29,237 nucleotides of DNA from Flavobacteriales bacterium (GTDB taxonomy: Bacteria; Bacteroidota; Bacteroidia; Flavobacteriales_D; Sanyastnellaceae), in the NCBI GenBank assembly GCA_028823435.1, contig JAPKBK010000001.1:1-29237 (forward strand), given 5' to 3'. Position numbers and translations under genes: made by a program. Positions 8,963 through 16,704 of the stretch are shown piece by piece. The first letter of the stretch is position 1, and each line of letters opens with the position of its first letter. The notes under the pieces were generated by a model. The model saw only the letters and a program-made list of their open reading frames with translations. It was not told where the DNA came from and searched no databases.

Positions 8963-8970
8963 TAAATATA
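8963..8970 (-). promoter_or_regulatory. Candidate -7 element TATATTTA, 4 nt before the OMP ATG
   Basis: Minus strand TATATTTA-GGGT-ATG. A second candidate, CATATTTG, lies at 9029-9022. Confidence 0.45.
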
Positions 8971-9108
8971 TTTAATTTCAGTTTTCAAAGTGCAATAACG
9001 GGAATACTGAGCAGAATCAAGCAAATATGTAGATATTAACACTCACGTTTCACTTGTTAATAACATCAAAAAGGAGTTTTAACAGCTGATTATCAATAAT
9101 GTAGGTCG

Positions 9109-10968
9109 TTATTCGACGGTAACACTTTTTGCTAAATTTCTAGGCTGATCTACATCACACCCTCTTAAAACAGCAATTCTATAACTCAAAAGCTGCAAAG
9201 GGATCACACTTAATAGCGGCGCGAGTGAGTCCACACATCTTGGAATTTCGATGACGTGATCTGCCAGAGACGCTGCCTCCGAGTCGCCTTCGGTAACGAT
9301 CGCAATCAGCTTACCTCCGCGCGCTTTAACTTCTTGAATGTTGCTTACGACTTTTTCATAAACATCATCCTTGGTCGCGATAAATATGACAGGCATATCA
9401 TCGTCAATCAACGCGATAGGGCCGTGCTTCATTTCTGCAGCTGGGTAGCCCTCAGCGTGTATGTAACTGATTTCTTTAAGCTTTAATGCGCCTTCTAAAG
9501 CCACGGGAAATTGATACCCTCGACCCAAATACAGCGCGTTTTCAGCTGTTTCAAATTTAGAGGCGATCGTATCGATAAAATCAGCTTGCTTCAGGACAGT
9601 CTCAACCAATTCAGGGATCCCGTTTAGCTCGGTGAGCAAGCGTAGAAATCGCTCACGAGGAAGGCTCCCTTTTTTAAACCCAACATGCAGCGCGATCATT
9701 GAAAGAACCGCAATTTGAGAAGTGAACGCCTTTGTAGAAGCAACACCAATTTCTGGTCCAGCGTGCGTATACGCTCCGCTTTCAGTTTCACGAGCGATAC
9801 TTGACCCCACGACATTGCAAACACCGAAAACATGAGCTCCCGCCTCTTTTGCCGTTTTAATGGCAGCAAGTGTGTCAGCTGTCTCTCCACTTTGGGAAAT
9901 GGCGATGACCACGTCGTTAGGACGAATAATTGGGTTTCGATACCTGAATTCAGAGGCATATTCTACTTCAACAGGAATCCGAGTGAACTCCTCCAGTAAA
10001 TATTCCGCCACCAAACCTGCATGCCAACTCGTTCCACAACCCAAAATGAGAATACGAGAGGCATTTTGCCACCTGTCCCAATGGTCGTCAATTCCCGCCA
10101 TTTTAATTTCACCCAACTTCAGGTTTATACGCCCTCTTATCGAATCACGAATGGAGCGTGGTTGCTCAAAGATCTCCTTCAGCATAAAATGCTCGTATCC
10201 GGCTTTTTCAATCGCTTCTAGTTCGATTTCTAAGGCGTGGACCTCTGGTGTTATTGCAACATTAGAAATGGTTCGTATTCGAAGACCTTCATTTAAATCT
10301 AGAGCGGCAACCTCCTCATCTTCCAAATACACAACATTCTTCGTGTACGGTATGATGGGCGTAGCGTCTGAAGCGACGTAAAAGGCGCCATCTTCCCCCA
10401 TTCCGATTACCAGTGGACTAGACTTCCTTGCCGCAATTAATCTGTCAGGATGTTCTCGGTCAATCACCACAATGGCATATGCTCCCACCACTTGCTTCAG
10501 TGCAGATCTTACAGCATCAAATAAACTTAATTCTGACCCCAACATGATTTCCTCAATGAGGTGAACAAGTACCTCCGAGTCTGTGTCGCTTAAAAGTGCG
10601 TGGCCCCTTTGGTCTAAAGTCTCACGAAGTGCAGCATAATTTTCAATGATGCCATTATGAATGATTGCAATCCGTCCTTTGCTCGCCCTGTGTGGATGTG
10701 CATTGACGTCATTAGGCGGACCATGGGTTGCCCACCTTGTGTGGCCGATTCCCACATTGCCTAAAAGCACTTCTTTCCCAACGTGCGAGAGAAGGTCTTT
10801 AACTTTCCCTTTCTTTTTTCGAACAACAAGCTTCGCAGGCTCAGTCTTTGTGGATTCTATAACCGCAACACCAGCGCTATCGTAACCACGGTATTCTAAC
10901 CGCTTTAAACCATCAATAAGAATGGGGAAAGCGGGTTTGGGTCCCAGATATGCAACAATTCCACACAT
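9109..10968 (-). CDS. glmS: Glutamine-fructose-6-phosphate aminotransferase (isomerizing)
   Basis: MCGIV N-terminal Cys, LEYRGYDSAG, GHTRWATHG, HNGIIENY, ISQSGETADT, EIGVASTKAFT, EMKHGP, PRNLAKSVTVE. Confidence 0.99.
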   Translation of the reverse strand: MCGIVAYLGPKPAFPILIDGLKRLEYRGYDSAGVAVIESTKTEPAKLVVRKKKGKVKDLLSHVGKEVLLGNVGIGHTRWATHGPPNDVNAHPHRASKGRIAIIHNGIIENYAALRETLDQRGHALLSDTDSEVLVHLIEEIMLGSELSLFDAVRSALKQVVGAYAIVVIDREHPDRLIAARKSSPLVIGMGEDGAFYVASDATPIIPYTKNVVYLEDEEVAALDLNEGLRIRTISNVAITPEVHALEIELEAIEKAGYEHFMLKEIFEQPRSIRDSIRGRINLKLGEIKMAGIDDHWDRWQNASRILILGCGTSWHAGLVAEYLLEEFTRIPVEVEYASEFRYRNPIIRPNDVVIAISQSGETADTLAAIKTAKEAGAHVFGVCNVVGSSIARETESGAYTHAGPEIGVASTKAFTSQIAVLSMIALHVGFKKGSLPRERFLRLLTELNGIPELVETVLKQADFIDTIASKFETAENALYLGRGYQFPVALEGALKLKEISYIHAEGYPAAEMKHGPIALIDDDMPVIFIATKDDVYEKVVSNIQEVKARGGKLIAIVTEGDSEAASLADHVIEIPRCVDSLAPLLSVIPLQLLSYRIAVLRGCDVDQPRNLAKSVTVE

Positions 10969-10972
10969 ACTT

Positions 10973-10980
10973 CGAAGTTA
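10973..10980 (-). promoter_or_regulatory. -7 element TAACTTCG, 4 nt before the glmS ATG
   Basis: Minus strand TAACTTCG-AAGT-ATG fills the 14-bp intergenic gap. The same octamer and spacing precede thiL. Confidence 0.6.
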
Positions 10981-10982
10981 AT

Positions 10983-12332
10983 TCAGTGACTACAAGTAAG
11001 AACGAGTCTGGCGCGATTTAAATCAACACCAGTACCCCTAATAACGACCCCTTGGATAGAAATTCCAGCTCGGCTAGACACAATATACAAGGGCGGAATG
11101 GGATCTTCAGGAGAGAAATTACCATACGCGAATCCCGCTTCTCTGTTAAGTAGATGTTGTATTGTTCTGCTTATGTTGAAACGATACTCTTTCGTAGAGT
11201 AGTCATAGTAACCATCAATGTTTATACCTGGAGAGACTTGATCTGGCGTGGATATAGAAATACCCTCAGGGTTTTCTGTCAGGATAAAAAGTTGCTCATG
11301 TGGGGGGTATCGAGAATCGAAGAAGGACGCGTCAAGCGGTAGGATTAATTCGGCCTTTTGAACTGCACGCTCGGGACCCAACGAATCAGTAATTGAATTT
11401 AAAAATGGAATTCGCAATTGGGTTTTAAGCCCAGAACCAGACATGATGTATAGAGACTGATCTCCAGTCACGAATGCCGAGTCAGAAGGGGGGTTATTTA
11501 GGTATGACAATTCACCGACATAATCCTGGCTAAACATATTCACTCTCGCGCTTAGAGGGCTGATGATGAAATCGTAGAACGAGGTATCGTTGTCGTTGTG
11601 GTAGTGGAGTCGCATCAAGCTCAATCCAGATGAAATATCGATTCCTGCAGCACCCACACCATCACCCATCGTTGAGACAACAATCCCGGGTAAGAAATTT
11701 AACCACGACTCATTGTCCTGGAAAACCAAGGTGTCCTGATCGAGAATGGATTGTCCAAACGCAAGATTCATGTTTAAACGAATCTGAGACACAACAGTAT
11801 CCTCACCGATAATTAAATCTTGTGACGGATTGAGAGAAACCGGTCCCTGCGAGGCGTCGTTTAAAATATCATGGGTAACCTCGGGGGAGAAATTTGAGTA
11901 ATAAGCTGAATCGTAGGAGAGCGAATCGGTGAGTTGTTGAACGAGCATGCTTTGGTCACTTAACTGCCCATAGGTGTCGCCAGTGAACCGAAGACTTAAA
12001 AAGAGACTGTCAACCTGAGGGTTGGATCCGAAATCTATTCCTGGGGCACTAAGACGGAGTTGCGAAGCAAATCCAGCAGTGGTCCAACCTATTCTGGGGG
12101 TGAAAACCCGACCTAGAACAGCAGTACTCAGTCTCGCTGTCGAAAGAGAATCCTCTCGAACCGTCACCATTTCGACGGTTAAAGTGTCAGATGTGTAGAC
12201 CCCAAACATATCAGATTCTGGCTGAAGCCCTAGTCCGATAGAGGAGTCTGGCTTTTTACAGCCAACAAATATAATAAGGCACCATAAAATCCAGAAGGCT
12301 GCCCGAGGGATGTTAGCTTTTTGCTTCATCAT
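10983..12332 (-). CDS. DUF4270-family lipoprotein
   Basis: Lipoprotein signal ending IIFVG|CKKPDSS; G.GLQP, VREDSL.T, F..QLRL, G...RL and Y.FNI..TIQ patterns; recalled synteny between the GlgA-like gene and glmS in Bacteroidota. Confidence 0.8.
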   Translation of the reverse strand: MMKQKANIPRAAFWILWCLIIFVGCKKPDSSIGLGLQPESDMFGVYTSDTLTVEMVTVREDSLSTARLSTAVLGRVFTPRIGWTTAGFASQLRLSAPGIDFGSNPQVDSLFLSLRFTGDTYGQLSDQSMLVQQLTDSLSYDSAYYSNFSPEVTHDILNDASQGPVSLNPSQDLIIGEDTVVSQIRLNMNLAFGQSILDQDTLVFQDNESWLNFLPGIVVSTMGDGVGAAGIDISSGLSLMRLHYHNDNDTSFYDFIISPLSARVNMFSQDYVGELSYLNNPPSDSAFVTGDQSLYIMSGSGLKTQLRIPFLNSITDSLGPERAVQKAELILPLDASFFDSRYPPHEQLFILTENPEGISISTPDQVSPGINIDGYYDYSTKEYRFNISRTIQHLLNREAGFAYGNFSPEDPIPPLYIVSSRAGISIQGVVIRGTGVDLNRARLVLTCSH

Positions 12333-12338
12333 AGGGCG

Positions 12339-12346
12339 CGAATATA
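12339..12346 (-). promoter_or_regulatory. Candidate -7 element TATATTCG, 6 nt before the DUF4270 ATG
   Basis: Minus strand TATATTCG-CGCCCT-ATG in the 18-bp intergenic gap. Confidence 0.5.
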
Positions 12347-12350
12347 TCTA

Positions 12351-13181
12351 TTATTCCCCGACAGCCTCAAACTTTCCCTCAAGAACTTCATCGTAAAATT
12401 GGTTAATCTCTGCAAGATATCCTTTTTCACCAGGGAATGGGAGAACAGGAACGCCAGCAGCGGCCATTTTAGATGTCGTTTCTTCATCCAAATCTTCGGA
12501 TGCAGTAATGAGTGCGTCAGCATTTTCAATTGCGATCGCATTCATGTTGTTGAATGTAGCGTTTTTAATGGTCTGAACCTTCTCAGCATCAATTCCATCA
12601 AGTGTGACCTTCTCGGAAAGTCGCGCGTCTAAAGCGCCCTCAAACCCTTCATCATAGATACTACATACGACTTTGCTGTTTGCGAAGTAGGGGTCGTCAG
12701 CGTAATTGTTCTTCAGGTAAAGCGGCAGCAGATTGGCCATCCACCCATGACAGTGAATGACATCGGGAGCCCATCCAAGCTTTCTCACGGTTTCCAAAAC
12801 ACCTCTTACAAAGAAAATAGCGCGCACATCGTTGTCCGCAAAAAGCTTGTCTTTTGCATCATATAAAACAGCTTTACGCTTGAAAAGATCATCATTGTCT
12901 ATGAAGTAGACCTGCATCCTCGCAGTAGGTATTGATGCTACTTTGATAATTAAAGGGTGATCGACATCATCGATGTTTAGATTCATCCCAGAAAGTCGAA
13001 TAACCTCGTGTAACTGATGACGACGCTCATTAATTTTACCAAACCTCGGCATAAACACGCGTATCTCACGACCCTTATCGTGTGTTCCCTGTGGTAGGTG
13101 ACGAGAAATAGAACTCATCGGTGTTTCAGGGAGGAAGGGAACCAAGTGTTGGGATACGTATAGGATTCGTGCTTTGCTCAT
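12351..13181 (-). CDS. Short glycogen/starch-synthase-like protein (GT5 N-terminal domain only)
   Basis: ILYVS....PF, IRVFMPRFG, VYFIDN..LFKR, DN..RAIFF.RGVLE and PDVIHCHGW align to the GlgA N-domain. It is only 276 aa and lacks the KxGG motif. Confidence 0.85.
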   Translation of the reverse strand: MSKARILYVSQHLVPFLPETPMSSISRHLPQGTHDKGREIRVFMPRFGKINERRHQLHEVIRLSGMNLNIDDVDHPLIIKVASIPTARMQVYFIDNDDLFKRKAVLYDAKDKLFADNDVRAIFFVRGVLETVRKLGWAPDVIHCHGWMANLLPLYLKNNYADDPYFANSKVVCSIYDEGFEGALDARLSEKVTLDGIDAEKVQTIKNATFNNMNAIAIENADALITASEDLDEETTSKMAAAGVPVLPFPGEKGYLAEINQFYDEVLEGKFEAVGE

Positions 13182-13212
13182 AGTTTGTGCTCTCTTCAGG
13201 TTAGACGAACAC

Positions 13213-13243
13213 CAAATATAGCTAATTTTACGGCTAAATCCAA
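13213..13243 (-). promoter_or_regulatory. Bacteroidota promoter TTG-N20-TATATTTG for the GlgA-like gene
   Basis: Exact TAnnTTTG at 13220-13213, TTG at 13243-13241, 20-nt spacer; ATG 31 nt downstream. Confidence 0.75.
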
Positions 13244-13282
13244 GTAATTACATAGGATACAGGGCGATAAGCTTCCTAAAAA

Positions 13283-14137
13283 ATGAAAATTATACGCACA
13301 TCCGTCGAGCTAAACCACTGGTTTAACGAACATAATAATCACAACAACAAATCGCTTGGACTTGTCCCAACGATGGGTGCTTTACATCAAGGTCATGCTT
13401 CTTTGATTGAAAAAGCATCAAGAGAATGTGATTTAGTGGTGGTAAGCATCCTAGTAAACCCGACCCAATTTAATGAAAAAGATGATTTGGACGCTTACCC
13501 AAGAACAATGGACGCTGACGCCAAAATTGCCAAAGCAGCGGGTTGCAATGTGATTTTTGCACCAACGGCAGAAGATTTATATGGGGGCAAACCAAAAGCA
13601 GAGCATATGGATTGGGGAAGCCTAACACATTCATTTGAAGGGAAATGCAGGCCAGGTCATTTTGACGGTGTCATCGCAGTGGTCGACAAACTATTCGGGG
13701 CCATAAAACCAGATAAAGCGTATTTCGGAGCCAAGGATTTGCAGCAAGTTGCAGTCGTGCAAAAAATGGCACACATAAGGCACCCCAATATTGAGGTTGT
13801 GAGCTGCGAACTGATTCGAGATTCAAAAGGTTTGGCCCTAAGTTCAAGAAACATAAGGCTGACAAATCAAGGCGTAAAGCGGGCTTTAAAGCTCTCGTTT
13901 GCGCTCGCAAATGTGGTGGAGAACACGTCATCAGGGAGGTCTATAAAAACAGCTGTAGACACTGCCAGGAAAGAGCTACAGACTTCTGAAGGAATCGATT
14001 TGGAGTATTTTGATGGGGTGAACTACCACACGTTTTCTCATGAAGATGAACCCTTCGAATGGAGTCACATTGTAGTGGCGGCAAACGTCGATGGCGTAAG
14101 ACTTATCGACAACATTGAAATAGAGGTTGTAGGTTAA
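13283..14137 (+). CDS. panC: Pantoate-beta-alanine ligase
   Basis: [52 protein letters not shown]. Confidence 0.98.
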   Translation: MKIIRTSVELNHWFNEHNNHNNKSLGLVPTMGALHQGHASLIEKASRECDLVVVSILVNPTQFNEKDDLDAYPRTMDADAKIAKAAGCNVIFAPTAEDLYGGKPKAEHMDWGSLTHSFEGKCRPGHFDGVIAVVDKLFGAIKPDKAYFGAKDLQQVAVVQKMAHIRHPNIEVVSCELIRDSKGLALSSRNIRLTNQGVKRALKLSFALANVVENTSSGRSIKTAVDTARKELQTSEGIDLEYFDGVNYHTFSHEDEPFEWSHIVVAANVDGVRLIDNIEIEVVG

Positions 14138-14158
14138 GCCACTTTATCGGTACTTTGT
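14127..14158 (+). promoter_or_regulatory. Candidate promoter TTG-N21-TACTTTGT for tatA-mltD-DUF4837
   Basis: TTG at 14127-14129 and TACTTTGT at 14151-14158. The same octamer precedes the M1 peptidase. The ORF-track GTG start at 14157 falls inside this element. Confidence 0.5.
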
Positions 14159-14174
14159 GGCAAATAACGAATTC

Positions 14175-14399
14175 ATGTTACTAGCGTTTTTGACATCAAA
14201 CTATCTTCTGTTTATCCAAAATATTGGAGGCGGAGGAATTGCATTAATTCTCCTTGTGGTATTGCTGCTTTTCGGTGGACGTAAAATTCCAGAACTCATG
14301 CGTGGCCTGGGTCAAGGCTTGAAAGAGTTTAAGGATGCGAATAACAAGGATGACGACAGCACGTCAGACAAAGCTTCGGACGACAACAAATCTAAGTGA
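14175..14399 (+). CDS. tatA: Twin-arginine translocase TatA/TatE subunit
   Basis: TM helix then [24 protein letters not shown] and an acidic tail; ATG 14175 preferred as start. Confidence 0.95.
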   Translation: MLLAFLTSNYLLFIQNIGGGGIALILLVVLLLFGGRKIPELMRGLGQGLKEFKDANNKDDDSTSDKASDDNKSK

Positions 14400-15661
14400 G
14401 TCATAGGCTTTCAAATTTGATCGTTACGTGTCTTTTCTTTGCGACAAACCTTTTGGTTTTTGGACAGGAAGACCTACACGATGGAAGCCTAAATCAGATA
14501 GATACTACACTTCTTATTCAAACAACGGTTGCACCTTTTTCTTGGGAAGAGGAGTGGTCAATTTGGTGTGACTCTCAGACTTGCGTTAGCTCTGATACGG
14601 GGCTATGGAATATTATGGGGGAACCGGACTTAGAGCTAGATACAGCTGTCATGAAATCAAGAATGGCGATACTAGATATGTCGTCGGAGCTAGATTTACA
14701 ATGGAACATCGTTTCGCACAACCGGGTCGCTCTTTACGTAAGCAAACGCAAAAGAGGATTGGGCACAATGTTGGGAAGGGCTCCCGCATTTTTTCCACTT
14801 TTCGAAGAGATGCTAGACCGGTCAGGCCTTCCTTTGGAGCTGAAGTATTTGCCCATTGTGGAAAGCGCTTTGAATCCCGAAGCGAGATCTCCAGCAGGCG
14901 CCCGCGGCTTGTGGCAATTCATGTACTATACAGCGAAAGCTGAAGGACTGAGGATCGACAGCTATATTGACGAAAGGAAGGACCCCCAAAGGAGCACAGA
15001 AGCCGCCTGCAATCACCTGAAGAAGCTTTATGGAATTTACGACGATTGGTACCTCGCGCTTGCAGCATACAACGCTGGGGGCGGAAATGTAAATAAGGCA
15101 ATTCGCAGAAGTGGAGGCAAGACAAATTATTGGGAAGTGAGGCCCTTTCTACCTAGAGAGACACGGAATTACGTCCCAAATTTCCTTGCCGTTGTCTATC
15201 TGATGGAGTACCATGCAGAGTACGGTATCGTCCCGAGAAACATCCTGCCTGGATATGTAGAGATGGATTCCGTGCATGTTGAAGGACCCCTTAGATTTGA
15301 CCAAATCGCAGCGCTCACCCTAATGTCTGAATCAGAACTTGCCGTCATGAACCCCATGTTTCGGCAAAAAGTTATTCCAGGCCCAGGGGAGAAGTGGGCT
15401 GTGAGAGTTCCAAATGAATCAGTGGCTGTTTTTATAGCGCGTGAGGCTGAGATGAGACTCATCAATCCAGATTTAACCCCTGCTATTAAATACGAACCTG
15501 AACCGATATTCTATCGCGTGAAGTCAGGAGACGTGTTGGGAACAATTGCAGAAAGACACGGCGTTTCCGTAAGAAAGATAAAAGATTGGAATGGCTTAAA
15601 CAGTTCGAATATCAAAATCGGACAAAGGCTTATCATTCACGGTGACCCCACCAAACTATGA
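14396..15661 (+). CDS. mltD: Lytic murein transglycosylase (SLT domain plus one C-terminal LysM), MltD-like
   Basis: [13 protein letters not shown] (catalytic Glu), [33 protein letters not shown]; Lys[30 protein letters not shown]. Confidence 0.9.
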   Translation: MSHRLSNLIVTCLFFATNLLVFGQEDLHDGSLNQIDTTLLIQTTVAPFSWEEEWSIWCDSQTCVSSDTGLWNIMGEPDLELDTAVMKSRMAILDMSSELDLQWNIVSHNRVALYVSKRKRGLGTMLGRAPAFFPLFEEMLDRSGLPLELKYLPIVESALNPEARSPAGARGLWQFMYYTAKAEGLRIDSYIDERKDPQRSTEAACNHLKKLYGIYDDWYLALAAYNAGGGNVNKAIRRSGGKTNYWEVRPFLPRETRNYVPNFLAVVYLMEYHAEYGIVPRNILPGYVEMDSVHVEGPLRFDQIAALTLMSESELAVMNPMFRQKVIPGPGEKWAVRVPNESVAVFIAREAEMRLINPDLTPAIKYEPEPIFYRVKSGDVLGTIAERHGVSVRKIKDWNGLNSSNIKIGQRLIIHGDPTKL

Positions 15662-16704
15662 GATGGCCGCTCCTTCTTTTTGTTGTGATTTTGTGCGGCT
15701 GTGGAAGCCAAGAAGGGGCCAGATCACCACTCCCAAGTAGGGTAGGCGCGCAAGGCGAAGTTCTTGTGGTTTGTACCGATGCGGTTTGGGAAGGTGTGAT
15801 CGGAGATAGCATTAGAAACATCCTTATGAAACCATATGCTGTGCTACCTCAGATGCATACCGAGACATATGAACCCATGTTCGATGTGGTGCACAAGAAC
15901 AGGTTTGATTTCAGCAAGTTTTGGAAACCTCACCGAAACATTATCGATGTTGAAATTGCAGACAGGGTTGACACTCAGGACCCCTCAGTCGTCTTTTACA
16001 AGGAGAAGTACTCACAGGGACAGATCTATATTTTAGCAAAAGCCAGAACCCAAGCTGCACTTGCGGAGAAGTTTTCAGAGCGGGCAAATGAAATGGTCAG
16101 TCTCTTACATGACGTAGAGGTAAAGCGAACAACATATGTCACGAAGCTTTCGACAGATGAGGTGATACAGGCGAAAATAAACACCATATGGGGCTTGGAT
16201 TTGTTAATCCCTAAAGGGTCATATGCTGTAAGAGCGGATACTGCATTTACCTGGATAGACAGACAACTCACGAGGTTTCGAGGGAGCAACAACCACGATG
16301 TCCAAGAAGGTTTTTTTATACACAGCGAACCCTACCTCGGTCAAAATCAATTTACCCTCGAACACATCCTCAATAGACGCGATGAACTTACCGAACGATA
16401 TGTTTCTGGTCCCACAGAAGGGAGCTACATGCAAATTGAACGGCGCATGACCCCCACATATGAAGCGTTTTCTTTTAATGGAGGCTTTGCAGCTGAGGTA
16501 AGAGGTCTTTGGAGAATGGAGAATGATTTCATGGGCGGCCCTTACTACAGTTTGACCTTTTACGACGAACCGAATGCGCGCCTCATCACAGTTGAAGGAT
16601 ACGCATATGCGCCATATTTTGACAAGCGCCCCTACATGAGAGAAATAGAAGGCATTGTCAAGTCGGTCAAGAAGATTGCGCCTGAAGAGCTTGTATCTCA
16701 GTGA
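15658..16704 (+). CDS. DUF4837-family lipoprotein
   Basis: Lipobox ILCG|C; LP...G..GEVLVV, EP.FD, EVRGLWRM.NDFMGGP and EG..YAP...KR.Y.RE.E patterns; ATGA coupling to mltD. Confidence 0.8.
   Translation: MRWPLLLFVVILCGCGSQEGARSPLPSRVGAQGEVLVVCTDAVWEGVIGDSIRNILMKPYAVLPQMHTETYEPMFDVVHKNRFDFSKFWKPHRNIIDVEIADRVDTQDPSVVFYKEKYSQGQIYILAKARTQAALAEKFSERANEMVSLLHDVEVKRTTYVTKLSTDEVIQAKINTIWGLDLLIPKGSYAVRADTAFTWIDRQLTRFRGSNNHDVQEGFFIHSEPYLGQNQFTLEHILNRRDELTERYVSGPTEGSYMQIERRMTPTYEAFSFNGGFAAEVRGLWRMENDFMGGPYYSLTFYDEPNARLITVEGYAYAPYFDKRPYMREIEGIVKSVKKIAPEELVSQ

Noticed and set aside
9860-10381. 173-aa antisense ORF over glmS and other short shadow ORFs in the track
   Set aside because: They are fully nested opposite or within conserved genes, with no start context or motifs.
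10969-10982. Search for a glmS ribozyme
   Set aside because: The intergenic gap is only 14 bp and is occupied by a promoter-like element; there is no room for it.
13244-13251. Palindrome GTAATTAC between the divergent GlgA-like and panC genes
   Set aside because: An 8-bp palindrome is expected by chance about once per 256 positions.
13322-13350. Asn/His low-complexity stretch NEHNNHNNK in PanC
   Set aside because: Short, imperfect and in a variable surface region; no exact repeat.
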